Assembly (NCBI GenBank): GCA_964388785.1
Contig: CAYMBX010000002.1
Coordinates: 1-48,901 of the forward strand
Origin: an uncultured Gammaproteobacteria bacterium
Lineage (GTDB): Bacteria > Patescibacteriota > Patescibacteriia > UBA9934 > GWF2-40-263
Length of the DNA stretch: 48,901 bases
Direction of reading: 5' to 3'
Numbering within the stretch: the stretch's first letter is position 1; each line of letters begins with the position of its first letter. Of the stretch, positions 43,651 to 48,901 are shown in pieces. The notes beneath the pieces were generated by a model. That model did not search any database. It saw only the letters and a program-made list of their open reading frames with translations, and was not told the DNA's origin. The translations under genes were made by a program, and so were the position numbers.

Positions 43651-44202
43651 ATGCTACAAGCCGCCATCATCGACACGGATCAAGCGGTACGTGTCTTTCA
43701 AAACATCAATTGGCTGCAACCGAGTTGGGACTTGTTTATTGTCCTTTTTTTTGTAATCGCGTCATTGCTTTACGGAGTCTCTCTCGGGCGTGATCGCATT
43801 ATTGTCATCCTCGTGTCCATCTACATGGCGCTCGCGATCGTGAACTACATTCCGTTCATTAATGAGTTCACGGCAAATATATCCGTCAACGATGCATTCG
43901 CTCTTCGGGTCTCTGTTTTTCTCGGTATTTTCATTTTGCTTTTTTTCTTTCTTTCGCATTCGGCGCTTCTGCGGACCTTGGGCCATGCGGCGGCCCAAGG
44001 TCCGCTTTGGCAGGTCATGATTTTTTCGTTTCTACATGTCGGTCTGCTCATTAGCGTGACTCTTTCATTTTTTCCTGCAAACCTCGCCGGCGTACTCTCT
44101 CCGCTCACGCAAGGGTTTTTCACAAGCGATCTTGCCCGTGCTGTTTGGGTTTCGCTGCCCGTGTTGGCAATGGTGATGATGGGGAGAGGCTACGATGATT
44201 GA
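43651..44202 (+). CDS. Polytopic membrane protein (about 5 TM), unknown function
   Basis: Hydrophobic profile only. Confidence 0.5.
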   Translation: MLQAAIIDTDQAVRVFQNINWLQPSWDLFIVLFFVIASLLYGVSLGRDRIIVILVSIYMALAIVNYIPFINEFTANISVNDAFALRVSVFLGIFILLFFFLSHSALLRTLGHAAAQGPLWQVMIFSFLHVGLLISVTLSFFPANLAGVLSPLTQGFFTSDLARAVWVSLPVLAMVMMGRGYDD

Positions 44203-44328
44203 GACCTCGACAAAAATCGCGATCTTTACTTTTACGGGCGCCCAGTCACCTCACTCAACGTACGTTTCAGTAGTTTCGTGAGGATGCCAGCCCGTTCAAG
44301 CAAATCTCATCGATTTTTGTCGAGGTCT
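44202..44328. ncRNA. 127-nt nested long hairpin (candidate structured RNA or palindromic element) between the membrane protein gene and cysS
   Basis: Outer 18-bp perfect helix 44202-44219 / 44311-44328 (AGACCTCGACAAAAATCG / CGATTTTTGTCGAGGTCT). Inner helices ACGGGC/GCCCGT (44234-44239 / 44290-44295) and CCTCAC/GTGAGG (44249-44254 / 44278-44283). No known RNA family recognised. Confidence 0.35.
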
Positions 44329-44400
44329 TGTGTCTAAAGCCTGGATCCTTATGGCCTGAGCTTGTCGAAGGTTATTTTTTTGTTACAATCCATGCATTAT

Positions 44401-45780
44401 ATGTCTCTTCATCTCTACAACAGCCTCACGCGAAAGAAAGAGGAATTTTCGCCGCTCAAAAATGATTCCGTTCGCGTTTACGCCTGTGGACCAACCGTGT
44501 ACTGGTTCGCCCATATCGGGAATATGCGAGCTTTTTTATTTGCCGATTTGTTGCGCAGGACTCTCACGTATAATGATTTTTCCGTGCAGTTTGTCATGAA
44601 CATTACAGACGTCGGACATCTGACAGATGATGCGGATGAGGGCGAAGATAAAATGCTTGTCGCGCTCAAACGTGAAGGAAAAACCGCTTATGAAATTGCG
44701 GAGGCGTATACGCAGGCGTTTCTGGAAGACAGCGGGCAGCTCAATATCTTGTCTGCCAATGTGTATCCGCGAGCGACCGAGCACATCCAGGAACAAATCG
44801 AAATGATTCAAGCAATTGAGCGAAACGGCTTTGCGTATCGAACGTCCGACGGCATTTATTTTGATACCTCAAAACTTCCACAGTATGGCGTTCTTTCCGG
44901 TCAAAAAGCGGAAGAAAAAAAAGCGGGGGCACGTGTGGAAATGAAAGAGAAAAAGAACCCAACGGATTTTGCGCTCTGGAAATTTTCGCCGGAAGGAGAA
45001 AAGCGTGAAATGGAATGGGAATCTCCCTGGGGAAAAGGGTTTCCGGGGTGGCACATCGAGTGTTCTGCCATGTCCAAAAAGTATTTGGAATTTCCGTTTG
45101 ATATTCACACCGGCGGCGTCGATCACATCCCGGTTCATCACGAAAACGAAATTGCGCAATCGGTTGGATGCTGCGGGGTAAACGAAGCGCGATTCTGGAT
45201 GCACAGTGAATTTTTGACAGTGAATGGTGGAAAGATGAGTAAGTCGCTCGGAAATTTGTACATCCTGCGCGATTTGATCGGAGAGGGATTTGACCCCCTC
45301 TCTTATCGGTATTTGGTGTTGGGAGCGCATTACCGATCCACGTTGAATTTTACATGGGACGCCCTCCGAGCGGCACAAAACGCCTGGTTCCGCCTTCAGG
45401 ATCTTGTGCGCGAATGGGAAAAACCGAGCGAGGTATCTGACGCGTACAATAAACGCTTTCTCAACGCCATAAATGATGATCTTAACACGCCTCAAGCGCT
45501 TGCGGTTTTGTGGGAATTGGTTGAAGACGAAGCGGTTTCAACGGCGATGAAGGCCGCGACACTTTTGAAATTTGATGCCGTGCTTGGATTTGGACTTGAC
45601 CGTTTTGTCGCGGTTCCGCTTGCGGTTCCGGAGACTGTGCGCGAACTTGTGTTAAAACGCGAGAGCGATCGTATGCAGAAAAATTGGGAAGAATCGGATC
45701 GTCTGCGGGCGGAGATTGAGGATTTGGGTTATCTCATTGAAGATACGGAGAAGGGAACAAAAATTAGAGCGAAACATTGA
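44401..45780 (+). CDS. cysS: Cysteine--tRNA ligase
   Basis: MSLHLYNSLTRKKEEF, YACGPTVYWFAHIGN (HIGH), GFPGWHIECSAM, KMSKSLGN (KMSKS). ATG 44401 chosen. Confidence 0.95.
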   Translation: MSLHLYNSLTRKKEEFSPLKNDSVRVYACGPTVYWFAHIGNMRAFLFADLLRRTLTYNDFSVQFVMNITDVGHLTDDADEGEDKMLVALKREGKTAYEIAEAYTQAFLEDSGQLNILSANVYPRATEHIQEQIEMIQAIERNGFAYRTSDGIYFDTSKLPQYGVLSGQKAEEKKAGARVEMKEKKNPTDFALWKFSPEGEKREMEWESPWGKGFPGWHIECSAMSKKYLEFPFDIHTGGVDHIPVHHENEIAQSVGCCGVNEARFWMHSEFLTVNGGKMSKSLGNLYILRDLIGEGFDPLSYRYLVLGAHYRSTLNFTWDALRAAQNAWFRLQDLVREWEKPSEVSDAYNKRFLNAINDDLNTPQALAVLWELVEDEAVSTAMKAATLLKFDAVLGFGLDRFVAVPLAVPETVRELVLKRESDRMQKNWEESDRLRAEIEDLGYLIEDTEKGTKIRAKH

Positions 45781-45805
45781 CAGTTTAGGGTGAATGGGCT
45801 ATCAT
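45777..45805 (+). promoter_or_regulatory. Sigma-70-type promoter preceding the G+C-rich secreted-protein gene (overlaps the cysS stop)
   Basis: TTGACA (45777-45782), 17 nt, TATCAT (45800-45805). Confidence 0.5.
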
Positions 45806-45847
45806 CCTCGAGCCCGGACGTCCAACCCCCGGGAAAGGAGAAGTGTC

Positions 45848-46546
45848 TTGCGTCACGTCAGATGGTTCGTACTTCTGGTTCTGGTCCTGTCGACCCCCGC
45901 TCTGGCCGAGGAGAACACCTGCGCCGAGGACCCCATCCGGGTCATGCTCGACGTGCCGGACGGCGACGTCACCTTCACCCTCGCCGAGGACAAGGGGGCA
46001 CCGACCGTGAACGTCACGGTCAAGCAGTGGATCGGCAAGGGCTACTACGGCATCGCCACCACCAGCCTCAAGCTCAAGTCCGAGACGAAGGTCTCCGCGA
46101 CCGACCGCGGTGTCGAGCTCGTCGACGGAAGCACCCGCACCGTCGTGTTGCGCGGCGTCAACGGACTGCAGTCGCTTCTGCCACACCTCGATCTGAGCGC
46201 CGCGCTCGATCTGGTCCAGAAGGGCAACGACATCGGCTTCATCCTGAACGTCCGATGGAGTTCGAAGCTCGAGCAGCTCAAGCCCACCGCGACGACCTCC
46301 TACGACGACCTGGGTCTCTCGGCCAGGTACGAGTTCAGCGCCCGCGCACGGAACGACCGGCGGGCGCGCGTCCAGCCGACCTCGTCCGAGCCGGGCTTCC
46401 AGTGGTACCTGAGCCCACTGCTCAGCGCGAAGATCGATCGCAACGCCACCCTGACGGCCGTGCGACCCTGCGTCACCGAGCTCGTCATCACGCGCAGCCA
46501 GAACCCGCCGCCCGCTCAGCCGGGTCCGCGAGCTTCTTCCAAGTAG
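45848..46546 (+). CDS. Secreted hypothetical protein, G+C-rich (probable TTG start)
   Basis: TTG 45848 lies 7 nt after GGAG and yields the signal peptide (M)RHVRWFVLLVLVLSTPALA. Predicted beta-rich, with no motif recognised. The ATG 45794 alternative adds 18 non-hydrophobic residues. Confidence 0.5.
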   Translation: MRHVRWFVLLVLVLSTPALAEENTCAEDPIRVMLDVPDGDVTFTLAEDKGAPTVNVTVKQWIGKGYYGIATTSLKLKSETKVSATDRGVELVDGSTRTVVLRGVNGLQSLLPHLDLSAALDLVQKGNDIGFILNVRWSSKLEQLKPTATTSYDDLGLSARYEFSARARNDRRARVQPTSSEPGFQWYLSPLLSAKIDRNATLTAVRPCVTELVITRSQNPPPAQPGPRASSK

Positions 46547-46560
46547 CCACCTCCTCTCCG

Positions 46561-46590
46561 CACGTCATCCCTGACGTGCATTTTCATTTT
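46561..46590 (+). terminator. Rho-independent terminator
   Basis: CACGTCA-TCCC-TGACGTG followed by CATTTTCATTTT. Confidence 0.6.
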
Positions 46591-46599
46591 CAAGAGAGA

Positions 46600-46608
46600 T
46601 GCTACAAT
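46600..46608 (+). promoter_or_regulatory. Extended -10 promoter element (TGcTACAAT) only 9 nt before ATG 46618, implying a leaderless or near-leaderless mRNA
   Basis: TG at 46600-46601, TACAAT at 46603-46608. No SD before the ATG. Confidence 0.45.
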
Positions 46609-46617
46609 AGGCCGCGT

Positions 46618-47793
46618 ATGAAACGAATCGCTATTTTTTTGACTCTTGTTGCGCTTCTCGGCGCTGGCTGCGGCAGGGGAACAACCGACACGAAAGAAAT
46701 TGGTTCTTCCCGTTTCGGGCGTCTCGTTGATGGTTCTGTCACGGAGAGTGCGATCGATGGAGGGTGGGTGCGGCCGTATCCAGGTCCGTTTTGGTGGGAT
46801 CAAATTGAAACCGAGCAAGATGTCTATGATTGGTCAAAAGCCGATGAAACGGTGAAATATTGGCAGGCGCGTAATCAGGCCATCCTTGCGACGCTGTGGC
46901 CGTTTGCGCAATGGGACCAAGCACGATGCCATGCCGGTGTGACTCCAAAAGTCAAAGATCCGTTTGGGGAAGAAGACATCTGGCTTTCAAGTGTGTGCCA
47001 TAATGAATCGTACGAAGAATGGGTGCGCAATGTGGTGGAGCGCTATGATGGGGACGGCATTGAGGACATGCCCGGACTGAAATATCCCATTACACATTGG
47101 GAAATCGGAAATGAGCCGGATCTGCAAACACAGGATTTAACGTTTTTTCAATCGTCTCCGGATGGTTATGCGGAACTCTATCGTCTTGCACATGGTATGA
47201 TCAAAGCGGCAGATTCAAACGCAACGGTTTTGTTTGGCGGCATGTCGAGCATGAGCGCACAGTCTCAACATTTCTGGAAGTTTGTGTTGCAAAGTGAGCG
47301 CGATCGAGCGGAGATTTTTAACATTCACTCACGTGCGGCATCCGAACAGTTTTTTTCCAAAGAGTATCACGAGTATCTGGATAAAACCGCGTTCCTCGGT
47401 GCTCGTTTTTGGGTCACGGAAGCGCTTGTCGGAGCCCCGTTCCAGAATTTTGACGAGGATGGAAAAGCCCAATTGACCGTTGTGTCTTACGCGCAAGCGT
47501 TTGCAAACGGCGCGGAAAAGATTTTTCACGTGGGGGGAGGGGGTCCGTCGCAAGCAGCGTTTAATCTTGTGGGAGAAATGATAGACGGATTTGAGAAGGT
47601 AGAGTGGGTTGGAACGGAAAGTATCGTGAAGTTCAGTTTTTCCGACAAAACGGTTTATGTGATGTGGGATGCCACGAAGCTGCCTTTGACGGTGACGGGA
47701 CAGGTGGAAACGGTGGGGTACGATGGTTCAAAGAAAAAGATGGATGCGCGGCAAGTGGTTGCGGAAGAACCGATGTTTGTGATGGTGAAGTAG
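46618..47793 (+). CDS. Lipoprotein, putative TIM-barrel glycoside hydrolase (clan GH-A-like)
   Basis: Lipobox LLGAGC. THWEIGNEPD (acid/base NEP motif) and ARFWVTEA (candidate nucleophile Glu). The supplied 667-aa ORF 45790.. is a read-through; only the part from ATG 46618 looks real. Confidence 0.55.
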   Translation: MKRIAIFLTLVALLGAGCGRGTTDTKEIGSSRFGRLVDGSVTESAIDGGWVRPYPGPFWWDQIETEQDVYDWSKADETVKYWQARNQAILATLWPFAQWDQARCHAGVTPKVKDPFGEEDIWLSSVCHNESYEEWVRNVVERYDGDGIEDMPGLKYPITHWEIGNEPDLQTQDLTFFQSSPDGYAELYRLAHGMIKAADSNATVLFGGMSSMSAQSQHFWKFVLQSERDRAEIFNIHSRAASEQFFSKEYHEYLDKTAFLGARFWVTEALVGAPFQNFDEDGKAQLTVVSYAQAFANGAEKIFHVGGGGPSQAAFNLVGEMIDGFEKVEWVGTESIVKFSFSDKTVYVMWDATKLPLTVTGQVETVGYDGSKKKMDARQVVAEEPMFVMVK

Positions 47794-47794
47794 T

Positions 47795-48790
47795 ATGGAA
47801 AAGAAGTACGTCGCCAACAAAGCCTTTCTCGTGAATCCGCAAGGAAAAATTTTATTGATTCGTTATGCACCAGAAGGAGATCACATTAACAGTGCGGGCA
47901 AGCTGGATATTCCCGGCGGCCGCATGGACGCACGAGAACATCCGCTTGAAGGACTCACGAGGGAAGTGAGAGAAGAAGTGGGAATTGAAATCGATCCAAC
48001 ACACGCTCGTGTTTTTCATACCGATCTATGGGGCGTACGCGGAGATATTGAGGGGGAACCGATTGTGGGGATTTTTTATTCTGTCCCGATTCGTGAAGAT
48101 GCAATCGTTCTCTCCGAAGAACATAAAGATTATGTTTGGTATGATCCGCGAACGCCCGCACCAGATGGACTCACGGCCGCCGTTCTTCATGCCCTTGATG
48201 TTTTTCGAAGCATTGAAGGAATCGTGACGTTATCGGACGACGCGATTAAAGGACGAGCAGGATTCGGGCTCATTCAGCTGTTTACGGGAAACGGGAAAGG
48301 GAAGACGACGGCGGCGCTCGGCGAGGCGATGCGTGCACAGGCGATCGGAAAAAAGGTCGCGTTTGTCTATTTTGATAAAGGAGGTTCGACGCATTACAGC
48401 GAACGAAAAATTTTAGATCAGTTGGAAATTCCGTACGTAGCTACAGGCCGTGATCGCATTGATTCGAAAACGGGCAGGTTTGATTTTTCCATTCAAGAGA
48501 TCGATAAGCAGGAAGCCCTGCGCGGATTGCAAGAGGCTGCGCGACTCCTGAGTGAATCGTTTGATTTGATCGTACTTGATGAGATCAATTCAACCACTGC
48601 GCTCGGCATGATTGCTGAACAAGATGTTCTTGCACTCCTCGACAACAAGCCGGACAAAACCGAGCTGATTTTGACGGGTCGAAGTGCCCCCGATTCTTTC
48701 ATGCAAAAAGCGCATCTCATGACTGAGATGCGCCTTCGCAAACATTATTTCTATTCGGGTGTTCCCGCAAGAGAAGGATTGGATTATTGA
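47795..48790 (+). CDS. Fusion protein: Nudix hydrolase domain plus ATP:cob(I)alamin adenosyltransferase (CobO/BtuR-type) domain
   Basis: Complete Nudix box GGRMDAREHPLEGLTREVREEVGI. C-domain LIQLFTGNGKGKTTAALGEAMRA, LIVLDEIN, ELILTGRSAP, THYSER. Confidence 0.75.
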   Translation: MEKKYVANKAFLVNPQGKILLIRYAPEGDHINSAGKLDIPGGRMDAREHPLEGLTREVREEVGIEIDPTHARVFHTDLWGVRGDIEGEPIVGIFYSVPIREDAIVLSEEHKDYVWYDPRTPAPDGLTAAVLHALDVFRSIEGIVTLSDDAIKGRAGFGLIQLFTGNGKGKTTAALGEAMRAQAIGKKVAFVYFDKGGSTHYSERKILDQLEIPYVATGRDRIDSKTGRFDFSIQEIDKQEALRGLQEAARLLSESFDLIVLDEINSTTALGMIAEQDVLALLDNKPDKTELILTGRSAPDSFMQKAHLMTEMRLRKHYFYSGVPAREGLDY

Positions 48791-48797
48791 GCGTTTT

Positions 48798-48873
48798 TGG
48801 TCGGGCCGACCAGACTCGAACTGGCGACCTCATGCACCCCATGCATGCGCGCTACCAACTGCGCCACGGCCCG
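48798..48873 (-). tRNA. tRNA-Pro (anticodon GGG), CCA encoded
   Basis: Reverse complement: CGGGCCG/CGGCCCG acceptor, anticodon loop ATGGGGT, GCCAG-TTCGAGT-CTGGT T arm. Confidence 0.9.
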
Positions 48874-48887
48874 ATGTTTCAATCGTT

Positions 48888-48901
48888 GGTCGGGCTGGCG
48901 G
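48888..48901 (-). tRNA. 3' end of a further minus-strand tRNA, truncated by the window edge
   Basis: TGGTCGGGCTGGCGG is the reverse complement of ...CCGCCAGCCCGACCA (acceptor 3' strand, discriminator and CCA). Identity cannot be determined. Confidence 0.4.

Noticed and set aside
44202-44400. T-box leader or SRP/4.5S RNA upstream of cysS
   Set aside because: There is no T-box consensus (AAxxGGGTGGTACCGCG-like) and no specifier-loop context. There is also no GGAA-tetraloop/symmetric-loop signature of SRP domain IV.
45790-47793. 667-aa ORF spanning the G+C-rich gene and the glycoside-hydrolase-like gene
   Set aside because: The first 276 codons are an off-frame, Arg/Pro-rich read of the 45848-46546 gene, and they run through its terminator and the next promoter. 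Only the part from ATG 46618 (lipoprotein signal peptide) is credible.

Overview
48.9-kb window that reads like a small-genome, Patescibacteria/CPR-like bacterium; this assignment is an inference from gene content, frequent gene fusions and domain-reduced core proteins. By hand count the backbone is about 45-50% G+C (28/60 at 28501-28560).

Backbone content:
- Envelope and division genes: murD-murE, an FtsB-like gene, an RlpA-like gene, ftsE-ftsX, and mraZ-rsmH-ftsL with a recognisable MraZ operator.
- A MacAB-type efflux operon.
- uvrB-uvrA and uvrC. UvrA lacks its insertion domain and UvrC lacks its HhH tail.
- cysS, and four complete tRNAs (Thr-CGT, Gly-CCC, Gln-TTG, Pro-GGG) plus a fragment of a fifth.
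- An ECF sigma factor translationally coupled to a 1,691-aa thioester-less alpha-2-macroglobulin-like protein.
- Several two-domain fusions: MEMO-CapA, Nudix-CobO, PPAT-DPCK and PncC-like-NadD-like.

G+C-rich blocks: the backbone is interrupted by blocks at about 10.64-12.60 kb, 14.2-15.1 kb, 15.8 to about 24-26.4 kb and 45.85-46.55 kb. Hand counts are 39/60 at 10681-10740 and 43/60 at 16321-16380. Within these blocks most transcription units sit between AT-rich spacers carrying a TTGACA-N17-TAxxxT promoter and a hairpin terminator. No integrase, transposase, CRISPR array or rRNA is visible.

Most system-like unexplained content:
1. A 4-nt-overlapping operon encoding a PPAT-DPCK fusion, an HD hydrolase, a minimal non-RD Ser/Thr kinase and a vWA protein. 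It is convergent with a TPM-domain/coiled-coil/Gly-Ser-repeat membrane protein and lies in the same island as a PncC-like-NadD-like fusion.
2. A truncated, leaderless serpin (predicted P1 Leu) next to tiny Cys-rich membrane peptides.
3. Several unexplained structured repeats: a 44-bp inverted repeat pair 7.4 kb apart, twin 18-20-bp perfect hairpins, a 127-nt long hairpin upstream of cysS, and dispersed GTCATCCTGAG motifs.

All functional calls come from motif recognition by eye. No searches were run.
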